Below, in pieces: positions 52,099 through 64,000 of a stretch of 64,000 nucleotides of DNA. The DNA comes from Squalus acanthias (Eukaryota): positions 151,468,001 to 151,532,000 of the forward strand of contig CM059432.1 in assembly GCA_030390025.1 (NCBI GenBank), given 5' to 3'. Each line of letters starts with the position of its first letter. Position 1 is the stretch's first letter. The translations under genes and the position numbers were made by a program. A model generated the notes under the pieces. The model did not search any database, was not told the DNA's origin, and saw only the letters and a program-made list of their open reading frames with translations.

Positions 52099-52658
52099 TC
52101 ATGATGCGGAGATGCCGGTGTTGGACTGGGGTGGACAAAATTGAGAGGTCGCACAACACCAGGTTATAGTCCAACAGTTTTATTTTAAATCACAAGCTTT
52201 CGGAGTTACAACTCCTTCGTCGGGTGAAGTGAGGAGATACAGAATCGTCAAAGCATATATAGATAGAGAACAATGCATGTGTAACTTACAATTGCAGACA
52301 ACTAAATTCAATCATCCTGACTGTTTATCTGCCGAGGTGTGATAAAGTTAATCAGGTCAGCCAGGAAGGTACCCATGCGACTCCACCTCATTGTCTCAGT
52401 TGTATCTTGCTATGGCTTTGATGTGGTACCTTGCTGGCTGACCTGATTAACTTTATCACACCTCGGCAGATAAACAGTCAGGATGATTGAATTTAGTTGT
52501 CTGCAATTGTAAGTTACACATGCATTGTTCTCTATCTATATATGCTTTGATGATTCTGTATCTCCTCACTTCACCCGACAAAGGAGTTGTAACTCCGAAA
52601 GCTTGTGATTTAAAATAAAACTGTTGGACTATAACCTGGTGTTGTGCGACCTCTCAAT
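52099..52658. mobile_element. Fold-back insertion, Penelope-like inverted terminal repeat pair
   Basis: Arms 52138-52373 and 52425-52660 (236 bp, 3 mismatches); 14-bp duplication ttcataaatagagg at 52085-52098 and 52659-52672. Confidence 0.85.
52191..52226 (-). ncRNA. Minimal hammerhead-ribozyme-like motif (variant core CCGACGA)
   Basis: CAC-CCGACGA-A-GGAGU(UGUA)ACUCC-GAAA-GC-UU-GUG; mirror copy at 52572-52607 on + with core CCGACAA. Confidence 0.55.
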
Positions 52659-53934
52659 TTCATAAATAGAGGCATAGAGTACAAAAGCAAGGAAGTTATG
52701 ATTTACCTTTATAAAACACTGGTTCGGCCTCAACTGGAGTATTGTGTTCAATTCTGGGCACCACACTTTAGGAAGGATGTGAAGACCTTAGAGAGGGTGC
52801 AGAAAAGATTTACAAGAATGGTTCCAGGGATGAGGGACTTCAGTTATGTGGATAGACTGGAGAAGCTGGGGTTGTTCTCCTTAGAGCAGAGAAGGTTGAG
52901 AGGAGATTTGATAGAGGTGTTCAAATCATGAGAGGTCTAGACAAAGTAGATAGAGAGAAACTGTTCCCATTGGTGGAAGGGTCAAGAACCAAAGGACACA
53001 GATTTAAGGTGATTGGCAGCAGAACCAAAGGCGACACGAGGAAAAACTTTTTTTTTTTTTTTTAACACAGCGAGTGGTTAGGATCTGGAATTCACTGCCT
53101 GAAAGGGTGGTGGAGGCAGATTCAATTGTGGCTTTCAAAAGGGAATTGGATAAGTACCTGAAAGAAAAAAATTTGCAGGGCTACAGAGAAAGGGCGGGGG
53201 AGTGGGACTAGCTGAAGTGCTCTTGTAGAGAGCAGGCACAGTCTCGATGGGCTGAATGGCCTCCTTCTGTGCTGTAACCATTCTATGATTCTACTTGTGA
53301 GCTCATCGGATATAAATTTCATAGGCCTGCAGGTTTGCCTGATAAGAACATAAAAAATAGAATGAGTCGGCCATACAGCCCCTCGTGCCCATTCAATAAG
53401 ATCATGCCTGATCTTCTACCTCAACTCCACTTTCCTGCCCTATCCTTTGATTCCCTTAGGAAGAGTAGAGGATGCACCAACACAAAACCAGGAGCCACAA
53501 AATGCTCTCAATACTGAACTCAGTGGTGCAAATTAACATTCAGCTAACTTTGCTGCAGGTACCCAAGAAAAAGTTCAATAGTCTGGAAAATTGGCCATTT
53601 CTCCCAGCCAATAACCTTAATGCTTTACTATCACAGGAAGAAATGTGTACAACGTTTATATACTCAAATTTTAAACTGACACCTTTTCCTTATTAAAATG
53701 TTTGCCTGTATTCCTACAAAATAAAAACAAAGATAATGGCCATCTAATGTGAAATTTTAACACCCAAGGACAACCAGAGCAACAGGAACGTACAAAATAA
53801 ATTCTTAACATGGTTGACAGCAAAGGCCTTAGATAGGAACTGGACACCTACATCCATCCTTAAAACAGAACCAGTTTGAAGTAGATAATGCCACCATCTT
53901 CTGCATAATGACTCTTTCCAGCAACCAGAAAAAA

Positions 53935-54205
53935 AGAACTTGCATTTCTATAGCACCTTTCATGACCTCGGAACATCCTAAAGCGCTTCACAGCCAATGA
54001 ATTACTTTTGAAGTATAGTTACTGTGGTGCTGTAGGCCAATGCAGCAGCTAATCTGCAAATAGCAAGGACCCACAAACAGCAATGAGATGAATGGCCAGA
54101 TAATCTGTTTTAGTGATGCTTGTCGAGCAATAATTGTTGGCCAAGGCACCAGGAGAACTCTCCTACTCCTCTTCGAATAGTGCAATGGGATCTTTTACAT
54201 CCACC
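53935..54205 (-). mobile_element. Deu-domain SINE 3' part
   Basis: Reverse complement of the 1-200 element plus Deu core (ggagaactctcc...atgggatctttta). Confidence 0.7.
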
Positions 54206-54369
54206 GGGGCGGGGGGAGGGGGACGAAGATGGGGTCCGCTACAGCAGGTGGACAATACATAGTAGACTAGTTTGGTGCAGACTTTACTGGCCAAGTAAAG
54301 GGATGAACAGGACTTAACAGATCAATCCAAAACATTTATTTACAGTGGTACAAATGCAGACTTGAATAC

Positions 54370-54424
54370 CTGATTTTCTGAGAATGGAAACTTGGGCTCA
54401 ATGGCACACAGTTGATCATAATAC
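54370..54424 (-). CDS. PDCD6IP: PDCD6IP/ALIX coding exon 2 (Bro1 domain): (R)YYDQLCAIEPKFPFSENQ
   Basis: Minus strand reads cttctctttcag|GTATTATGATCAACTG...GAAAATCAG|gtattc; 55 nt; matches human ALIX YYDQICSIEPKFPFSENQ. Absent from the ORF track, found by manual reading. Confidence 0.96.
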
Positions 54425-54514
54425 CTGAAAGAGAAGCAAATCAGTTAGAACATAGTATTTTACGTTTTCAATACATGCACTTGTACAGGTGCTTTGAGGA
54501 TTTAACCAATGCAT

Positions 54515-54667
54515 ATTGAGAGAACTCCCCTGCTCTTCTTTGAACAGCGCAATGGGATCTTGTATGTCCACCTGTGGGGGCAGATGATGCCGCGGATTAA
54601 TGTTTCATCTGAAGACAGTACCTCAGACAGTACTGCACTGAAGTGCCAGCCAGATTATGTGCTCAAG
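54515..54667 (-). mobile_element. Deu-domain SINE fragment
   Basis: gagaactcccctgctcttc...atgggatct...tactgcactgaagtgccagcc. Confidence 0.6.
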
Positions 54668-55334
54668 TTTATTTACTCAATAAAGCAAAGCCCTCATTAG
54701 TTAGATAACCGCTTTAAATTTTAAATTTAAACCTGAAATTACTGAACCACAATCTTGTGCACAAGGACTTCAGAAAACTTTGGAGCAGCAAGCTGCTTAA
54801 AATTACAGGGCATTTCAATTAACTGAAATTACAGAACAAATTATTTGAATATTTTACTCCCAAACTATAATTGGTAATTGTTCAAGCAATTCATATAAAC
54901 ATAAGTTTGCCACTGGCCACAGAACCTGCGTTTTGGAACAGCCAACCAGAATTGAATACACTAAGATGTTTTTGAACTGTCATTCTCCATATTAATTTTT
55001 TCCACAAATTAATTGTTTAATTTTTGTCATGTTCATTCATTGATGGATTACTATTATAAATAACAAGATCTCTGCACACTATCTTCTACTGTTCAGAGCA
55101 GTTCCTGTGTACATTGGCCCAGGATACACTGCAATGATCCCAAGAAGCACTGACGGCAACTCCTTCAATACCAAAGCTTCACTCATCCTGCAACCATGGG
55201 ACAAGCATTTTAACAAGTTATAAAGTAGATCTTCGGACATCAGAGGAGAGGCTTACAGCTGTGTACGACATACTTTAATTCATCCATCCCTGAAATTTGA
55301 AAAGCTATTGTACAACGTAACAGCAGTCAGGCTC

Positions 55335-58300
55335 TAGAATTGTACAGCACAGAAGGAGGCCATTCGGCTCAGCGAGTCTGCACAGGCTCTTTTGAAGAGC
55401 AATCCAGTTAGTCCCATATCCCTGCAATCTTTCTTCTCCTGCAAGAATTTATCCAATTCCCTTTTGAAGGCTACTATTGAATCTGTATCCACCACCCTAT
55501 CAGGCAGTGCATTCCAGATCCTAACTACTCATTGCATAAAAAAGATTCTCCTCATACTGCCTCTGGTTCTTTTGCCGATCACCTTAAATCTGTGCCCTCT
55601 CGTTATCGACCCTTCAGCCATTGGAAAGAGTTTCTCTTTATTTACTCTATCTAAACCCTCCATGATTTTAAACACCTCTATCAAATCTCCTCCTACCCTT
55701 CTTTGCTCTAAAGGAGAACAACCCCAGCTTCTCCAGTCTATTCATGTAACTGTTACCCTCAATCCGGGAACAATTCTAGTAAATCTCTTACGTACCCTTT
55801 CCAAAGCCTTCGCGTTTTTGCTAAACTGTGGTGCCCAGAATTGGACAATACTTCAGCTGGGGCCGAACTAGCGTTTTATAAAGGTTCAGCATAACTTTCT
55901 GGCTTTTGTACTCTATAACTCTATTTCCAAAGCCCAGGATTCCATATACTTTATTAACTGCTTTGTAAACCTGTCCTGCCACCTTCAAAGATTTGTGCAC
56001 AAGCACCCCCCAGGTCTCTCTCTTCTTGCACCCCTTTAAAATTGTACCATTTAGCATGTATTATCTCTCCTCATTCTTATTACCAAAATGTATCACCTCA
56101 CACTTTGTGTTGAATTTCATCTGCCATGTGTCTGCACATTCCACCGGCCTGTCTATGTCCTCTTGAAGTCTATCACTATCTTCCTCATTGCTGCGCTTCC
56201 AAGTTTCCTGACATCTGCAAATTTTGAAATGGTGCCCTGTACCCCCAAATCCAAGTCATTAATGTAGATCAAAAACAGCAGTGGTCCCAGTACTGAAAGT
56301 TGGGGAATGCCACTGTATACCTCCCTCCATCTGAAAAACAGCCAGTCACCACAATTCTGTCTGCTATCCCTTAGCCAATTTTGTATCCATGCTGCTACTG
56401 CCCCTTTTATCACAAGGTCTTCAATTTTGTTAATAAGCATAATATGTGGTACTTTATCAAACGCCTTTTGAAAGTCCATATACACATCAACTGCACTGCC
56501 CTCATCCACCCTCTGTTACCTCATCAAAAAATCCAATCAAGTTAGTCAAACACGATTTACCTTGAACAAATCCGAGCTGGCTCTCCTTTGTTAGTCCATG
56601 CTTGTCCAAGTGGGTGTTAATTTTCTCCCGGATTATTGTTTCTAAAAGCTTCCACACCACCGATATTAAACTGACTGGCCTGTAATTGCCAGGTTTATCC
56701 TTCTCCCATTTTCTGAACATTTGCAATCCTCCAGTCCATTGGCACCACCCCTGTATCCAAGGAGGATTGGAAGATTGAAGCCAGCACCTCCACAATTTCT
56801 ACCTTTACTTCCCTCAGCAACCGAGGATGCATCCCATCCAGACCGGGTGACATCCACTTTAAGTGCTGCCAGCCTTTCTAGTGTCTCCACCTCATTTATT
56901 TTTATCGCATCCAGTATCCCAGCAACCTTCTCATTTACTGAAGCTTTGGCAAAGTCCTCTTCTTTGGTAAACACCGATGCAAAGTACTCATTTCGTACCT
57001 CAGCTATGCCTTCTGCCTCCACCAATAGATCGCCATTTTGGTCCCTAATCGGTCCCACCAATCCTCTGACAATCCTTCCACATCTATGCCGATAGAAAAC
57101 CTTTGGATTTCCTTTATGTTAGCCGCCAATCTATTCTCGTACTGTCTCTTTGTCCCTCTTATTTCCTGTTACACTTCTCTGTACTTTTTAGATTAAGCCT
57201 CACTCTGTATTGTATTATTAAGCTGACATCTGTCATACGCACCCACTTTCTGCTTCATCCTACTCTAACTCCTTAGTCATCCAGGGAGCTCTGGCTTGGG
57301 TTGCCCTCCCTCTCCCCATTGTGGAAATGTACCTAGACTGTACCGGAACCACCTCCTCTTCAAAGGCTGCCCATTGCTCCATTATATTTTTGCCTGCCAG
57401 TCTTTGACTCCAATTTACCCGGGCCAGATCCCTCCTCAATTCGCTGAAATTAGCCCTCCTCCAGTAGAGTATTTGTATTCTAGATTGCTCCTTGTCCTTC
57501 TCCATAACTGTTCTAAACCTTACGTTACTATGATCACTACTCCAGAGATGCTCTCCAACTGTGACATTCTCCACTTGACCCACTTCATTCCCCAGGACTA
57601 GATCCAGCAATGCCTCCTTCCTCGTTGGGCAAGAAACATACTGATCAAGAAAATTCTCCTGAACATGCTTCAGAAATTCCTCCCACTCTCTGCCCTTAAC
57701 ACAATCACTGCGCCATTCAATATTGGGGTAGATAAAGTCTATTACCACTGCTCTATAGTTCTTGCACCTCAAAGTAATTTCTTTGCAAATCTGCTCCTCT
57801 ATCTCCTTCCCACTATTTCGTGGCCTATAAAATACACCAAGTAGCAGAATAGCTCCTTTATTGTTTCTTAACTCCAACCAAATGGATTCTGTCTTTGGCC
57901 CCTCAAGGATATTTCTCTCTTTCTGGCACTGTAATGTTTTCCTTAATCAAAACTGCTACCCCTCCTTTTTTCCCCCTTCCCTGTCTTTCCTGACAACCTT
58001 GTACCTACGAATATTAAGCATCCAATCCTTCCTTTTTTGAGCCAGGTCTCAATTATCGCCACTACATCATATTCCCATGTGGCTATTTGTGCCTGCAGCT
58101 CACTAACCTTATTAACCACACTTTGTGCATTTATACACATGGACTCCAAACCTAACTTAGACCTCTTTGTATTTTCTATGATCCCAGCTAATTCTGTATC
58201 ATATCTAACTGTGTCTCCCAGACCTCTGTACATCTTGTTTGTACTTTTTAAATACAACATCTTGGTGCCCAACCCCCTGGCGAATTAGTTTAAACCCTTC

Positions 58301-58720
58301 CCCACAGCACTAGTTAACCTGTCCCGTAAGGATATTGGTCCCAGCTCTGTTCAGGTGTAACCCGTCCATCTTTAACAGGTCCCTCCTGCTGCAGAATTGG
58401 TCCCAAAGTCCCAGGAATCTGAAACCCTCTATCCTGCACCATGTCTCTACCCACGCATTAACCTGCCGTATCCTCCTATTTCTACTCTCACTCGCATGTG
58501 GTACTGGGAGTAATCCAGAGATTACACCCTTAGAGGTCCTGCTTTTTAACTTCCTCCCTAGCTCCTTAAACTCGGACTGCAGGATGTCAACACTCTTCCT
58601 CCCTGCGACGTTGGTTCCGACATGGACCACAACTTCTGGGTCTTCTCCTTCCCCTCACAGAATGCTCTGCACCCTCTCCGTGATGTCCCTTACCCTGGCA
58701 CCAGGGAGGCAATGTAACTT
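55335..58720 (-). mobile_element. Near full-length decayed CR1: ORF1 SGNH esterase part, APE endonuclease, RT, 3' UTR
   Basis: VHVGTN...DGLHLN (58310-58630); CINAQS/IETW/HLWSSDH endonuclease motifs; [15 protein letters not shown]. Confidence 0.9.
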
Positions 58721-61700
58721 ACGGAGTTCTAGTTTCTGATGAAATTCCTGCATAAATATAGTGCGCAACTCAACTTCACTCACTATTTCAGACCGTGTAC
58801 AGAGAGGGAGTTGAGCTTCATGACTTAACCATGGTGGCCATCTACAATTACGTTATCAGCTATCAATCATCTGAAATCATCTTGCTCATGTGCTCAAGTA
58901 CCTGCAGACAATATCCTCCTCGAGGTACAACGCATATGCTGAGCACAGCATTGTATGACAGATATGATTTTCATCAAGACAAATGCAAGAAAATTGCCAA
59001 GCGCAGCATGTGGTACATGGTAATCAGACCTTCACAACTGTTAGTTACCCTGGTCTAGAACAGCTGTTCCAAAATTTGAATGCCCCGATACATCCATCAA
59101 CAGTGTACCAGGTGGATCGTGCACCCTTGAGTACAAGCACCTTCCATTACTATTAATCGCTGAATGTATTGCTCACATGGCATCAAAAACTTGTCCTGGG
59201 ATTACACATCATCTGTTCCATTCCTTTCCTTGTTTTTCATTTGGCTTTTAAATGTAGAAGCACTGCTAAGTAATGAGAAACTAAAGTGCTATTACATTCA
59301 ATGTAAGTGTGCAATTATTTCCTTTATTGCTTTCATATAATTACTAACATCTACTATACTCGTCACGTTACTCACATTTCCTTAATTTTTACACTAAGAC
59401 TAGTCCAAGTCACACCTCTCTCCCAACCCCTCCAGCAAAAAAGTTAAGTGTACATTTTGAGCATATATTTTAAAGGACTTCAATGCCCCAGTCTTTCTGC
59501 TGCTTTGTTCTGCCAATTCTACGAAAGTATATTCCATAGCTGGATGAACAAAATATTCACCACTTATGCTAGCTGACTGGCAAATTAGCTGGTTTGAATG
59601 CGACAATAGCTGCTTTATGATCGGCTTGATTTGTGTTGATTCAGGGAAGAAAATACGTCCTTTAGATTTTAAGATCTGAAGGAACAATTTGTTTGGCCAG
59701 TTTTAACATAACCAAAGGATAAGCACAAATATTAATGAAGAGATATCATTCTATGCAGAAGAACTGGGAGTTATAAAAAGAATTTATATAAAAATCAGAA
59801 GTGGACTCAACTGTACAGTCCAATTTGTGCTGGGATAAAAAAAATACCTTGCAACAATTAAGCAAAAAACTGTGTGCGAAATACTCAAATTCATTCCCAC
59901 TTGATCAATTATTTTAAGTTATGTACATCAGCACCACCGCCCCCTCCACCCACTAATTTGGAACATGGCAAGCATCAGACCAAGGTGAATGCACAGATCA
60001 GGTCACTAATAAACAAGAGATGTGCAACATAATGGCACCAACAGCATCTGGCATCAAAAGTATAAAGTTACAGGAAGAGAAACCACACTGACTGGAAAAG
60101 ATGCAGTGCAACAGGAAATCATTTTCAGGTAGGTTGGGGAAGAGAAGGCCCAATAAACCAAAGTTCTTGATTGCAGCTGGGAGGGTGGGGTGGGAATGAA
60201 AATCACAATAGCATAAAATAAGCCAGCAGAGTGTGCTTTCATCAGAGAAATGAAACATTCACAACAACTAACTATATATACTATAAATGTGGCCAAAGGT
60301 CTTCTAAACTGAGGGAATTGCTGAAAGCCTAAACTGCAGTATTTCATACTAATATCAGGAGTGCTAAAATATATATGATGGGATAATTAGGTGCTTGGAA
60401 TTGTGCTTTCAAAATAGTAATGCTTGCAATATTTGGGGAACGATTAAGTCAAATTATCTGAAAGTAAAGTAAAAGTTAGTTTAAAAACCACAATTGTTCA
60501 GGCAGGGTCTGGGCATCAAAGCACTAGATTTCTGCTGATTTTATTACAGCAAAAATATTCAAGCATAAAAAAAAGGATGCAATGAGCAAATAATGACTTC
60601 ACTCACGAGAGTTAGCTTCTACTCAATAACAAAATACCATTTGAAACACTGCAATAAACCATAAAACAGAAGTTGTACCTTTTGAAATACAGAATACCTG
60701 CAATTTTACAATTGGGAAATGTCTGAACCAAGAGAAGCTGACAATACTCCTCCTTTGCTATCATGTGACACCAGGGAAGAAATGATCATTGAAATCACCT
60801 TGTGTTATTAACTACAGGACTACATTTCCACTGATATTCTACAATTAAAAACATTTCCCCTCCTTCCACCCATCTGAAAAAAAAATATTCTTTTTTTTGG
60901 TATGTTACAATTAATAACATTTAACATAAAGCAACAGTCCCAATCAATTAAAGCAGCAAAATGGTGCACCGGGAGTTCTGGGACGAGCTATGGACCAAGG
61001 CATCCTACACAAGCTTACAATCCTAACATTGCATTATCAAGGTCGGGGGGACGGAACATTTCTGGGCAACTCTTTCGACATCCCAGCTACTGTTGTCAAA
61101 CCAGTATTAATAAGAGCAAAATAAGTTAACAAGGATATTTAGCACATCAAGTAGAACCTGTACAATTTGCCCTTTTTCAGACTGACCAACTTATTTAACT
61201 TCAAGGGAGGGACTAAAAATTCCAAGTGATGCAACTCAAAGTTGCACCAAAGCCTCAGATCAAATGAGACAAATTTCAACAGATATTACCACCACTTTTT
61301 CCAGCCTGGTCAGTTACATTCCATTGATAGCATTCTCTTAGTCTCATTAGCACACAATCCACTGTGTTCTGTAGAACTTTTGATCAGCTAGTACTGGATC
61401 ATCTAGAATCCATTTCCTAACCGACAGTGCAGCTCTTATTGAAAGGAGTGTATCGATATAACACTAATTGCTTCGTTCCACATATTCCTTGATCGGCAAG
61501 GGGAAGAGGAATAGGAATTCCAATCTTACTCGAACCTGATTCACTTTCTGCTCAAGTCCACTGATCACAGTGCTAGCTAAATAATCTGCTTATGTCATTG
61601 GTACCTTTCAGAATTTTAAGTTAAATTAAGATTAGGTCATCCCTCAATCCTTTTCTTCAATGAAACCGAATTTGATGCCGAGAATATCTTTGAACACAAG

Positions 61701-61969
61701 TCAGAGTCATCTGGGCACCAATGCCTAACAAAATTAACAAAACATTCTAAATATGGCCTTGCCAATAATTTTCAGTTAAAATAGCTTGTTTCAACTTAAA
61801 GCACTGAAGCAGTTTATCCAACCTCTTAGTCACAGCAGGTACATGGCACACAAATGGTAAAAAAATCAAATCAAAAGTTTCATATTAAAACAAAGCAAGA
61901 AATAAAGCATTGAGAACATCTGAGAAAACTGATGACAGCTAGAACAGAGTGAAAAGGTAACAAGAACTG

Positions 61970-62250
61970 AAGTTTATTTAACACATTTCAATTTCTTTCA
62001 GGATATCTCAAAGCACTTTGCACACATCAAATTACTGCGGTCAGTATTGCTATGCAACAGCCATTGAGCACACAGCAAGATCCCACAAACAAAATGAATG
62101 ACCAGTTAATTTAGGTTTGCTGTTGTTAGCGGCGGTAACAATGCTGCCCAGGACACCGGGAAAACTCACTGCTCTTCTTCAAAATAATGCTGCAGTGGAT
62201 CTTTAACATCCACCTGATCAGGCAGACAGGATCTCAGTTCAACTGATCCG
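61970..62250 (-). mobile_element. Degenerate Deu-domain SINE
   Basis: gcacacagcaagatcccacaaac...ccaggacaccgggaaaactcactgctcttcttcaaaata...ggatctttaacatccacctga. Confidence 0.6.
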
Positions 62251-63589
62251 AAGACAAAAGGAGATGAAGAAATCTTACCAGTCCAGATTAAGGAGTATAT
62301 GGAATGAGTGGCTCGATGGAGGGGAGACAAAAACAGCAGGATAAAACCCCAAGCAAAAATACGCAGCAAAGAGGTTAACATAAGAATGAACATCTGTACG
62401 GCGGTCTGTATTCCATTTTCACTTAAATTTTAGCTCTGCCCATAACCTCTGATATAAATCCAAGAATATAATTAGACCATTAGTTAACATTAACTAATTA
62501 GTCAAATTAAATTTTCATTACATGGGATTCAGGTATCTTAAATCGAAACTTGAGTCACATTCCGCAACTGTGTCTATTATAGCCATATTGTGACCAAATA
62601 ATGCAGATTCATGCAGAGAACATCATGATTTCTACTGGTGCTTTGAGATCACTTCACAATTTAAACCATTTTTCATGTAACCATCAACCAGAGGTTTTGA
62701 TTTAACATTTTGTTATGCATTACTACTATCCACTATCATACCGTACTCAAAAAAAGACCACACTAGTCACATAATGCAACACCCTTTCAGACTTGGCGTT
62801 CTTATTCATATTATCCTATTTTCATCAACAGCTTTTCCCACAGCTCAACAGAAACAGCATTCACTTGCTTTTAACCCTAACTTAAGTCAGAATTACATGG
62901 TTTCTGCCACTTAAAAATAAGCATTAAACCAGTCTATGCTTATAACCAATCTGGTTCTCAAATCAATAGATGCCACTTTCGTGAGCATATGTTTACAAAC
63001 AATAGTAATATGAAACATATATGTCAACAAGCCTTATTTCCTTAAAAAAATAGCCTTTTACCTGACATGGTATGCATCCTTTCTCCCACGACAAGCACAC
63101 CTCACTACCCAAGCCCAGAGAATGTAAGCGGTTGCTAAGAGACAAGGCTGTAGATGCCCACACATACCTAAACAGCACTGCAATTTAACCAAATAAACTC
63201 AAACAGCTCAACAGCAAAGAGCCAACAGTAAGCTTCCTGCTACCTGTCCAATTAGTATCATGCTACAGATTAGGCATCAGCTTGCAGTGCAGAGTGGGAA
63301 AAATTCCAGTCTTCGGTGATAGGTAGACACCTCCTGATCCCACCAACGAACCAGGCTTACTAGTCAAGCATGCTGCAGAACTGCAAACCTGCCTGTATTG
63401 GATTGTTAGAGGGTTGTGTAGTTCTAATCTTCCATCACCAAGCATATCTTCTTGGAGCCAACTCAGCCCAAAGAACACGAGGTTAATCACTAATTGGTCA
63501 TTAGACAACTGACAAGCACACATTTGACAACAAATATAAATACCATCTCGTATAAATAAAGACAAACTGACTATAAGTGAATTGGATAA

Positions 63590-64000
63590 TAAAATAAAGG
63601 AAAAACTGCAAATGCTGGAATCTGAAATAAAAACAAAATGCTGGTACTACACAGGCCAGTCGGCTTCTGTGAAGAACAAAGACAAGTTATGATATTGCGT
63701 CAGGTCAAACTGAAGGCCGAGGTAAACAGGCATTTTGACAAAGTTGGGGTAAAAAAGAGAAAAGTAGAGGGTGACAAACCAACAGTTAAACTAATCACAG
63801 TAAGAGAATTAGCGTTATAAATGAGCTACTACTGTAACAGAAAACATGTGATATAAAAGATATAATGCACAGAAAGTACAAAAAAATTGTTGCAAGTAAT
63901 TGGAGATTTGAAAAGACACAGGAGAAATAATGTATATAAAAGCATGAGAAATAAATAAAGAGGAACAGCTAAAGATGCAAATATGAAGTGAAAACAGGAA
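63590..64000 (-). mobile_element. Degenerate Penelope-like terminal region
   Basis: aactgcaaatgctggaatctgaaataaaaacaaaatgctgg is the reverse complement of the 32600-32650 terminus. Confidence 0.45.

Larger units (their letters stand above)
49878..53292 (+). mobile_element. CR1 LINE (EN C-half, RT, 3' UTR) interrupted by an HE1 SINE and a fold-back Penelope insert
   Basis: ALLDLVL, HLGNSDH, QHGFVKGKSCLTNL, GFINRG|IEYKSKEV. Confidence 0.9.

Noticed and set aside
2136..58720. Many RT ORFs suggesting an active retroelement or retron-like system
   Set aside because: All are frameshifted, stop-ridden fragments of eukaryotic CR1/L2-group LINEs; no intact ORF2.
1..64000. Strand bias of TE insertions relative to the host gene; CRISPR or prokaryotic features
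   Set aside because: LINEs occur in both orientations without clear bias; no repeat-spacer array or operon structure exists.

Overview
Eukaryotic genomic DNA, almost certainly a cartilaginous fish (elasmobranch): it has an HE1/V-type tRNA SINE, Deu-domain SINEs, and dense CR1, L2 and Penelope-like retroelements. The whole window lies inside one gene on the minus strand, PDCD6IP (ALIX). Seven coding exons (2-8, numbered by analogy to human) encode most of the Bro1 domain. All have canonical AG/GT ends and join in frame (55, 70, 128, 154, 101, 117 [or 132] and 223 nt). Exon 1 and the downstream exons are outside the window. The large introns are filled with decayed, often nested transposons, and almost all ORF-track entries are fragments of these or noise. 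Most notable observations: (1) a LINE whose endonuclease-RT frame is fused directly to a tRNA-derived Pol III-type head with no ORF1; (2) a young fold-back Penelope-type insertion with 236-bp inverted arms, each carrying a minimal hammerhead-like motif; (3) a tandem splice acceptor adding YFYFQ, as in human ALIX isoform 2; (4) inverted LINE copies bracketing the frame-neutral exon 3-4 pair; (5) a hairpin-rich Harbinger-like MITE; (6) a 61-bp templated insertion. Repeat boundaries were read by eye and are approximate unless TIRs or TSDs are quoted. I see no evidence of a wholly new protein-coding system.
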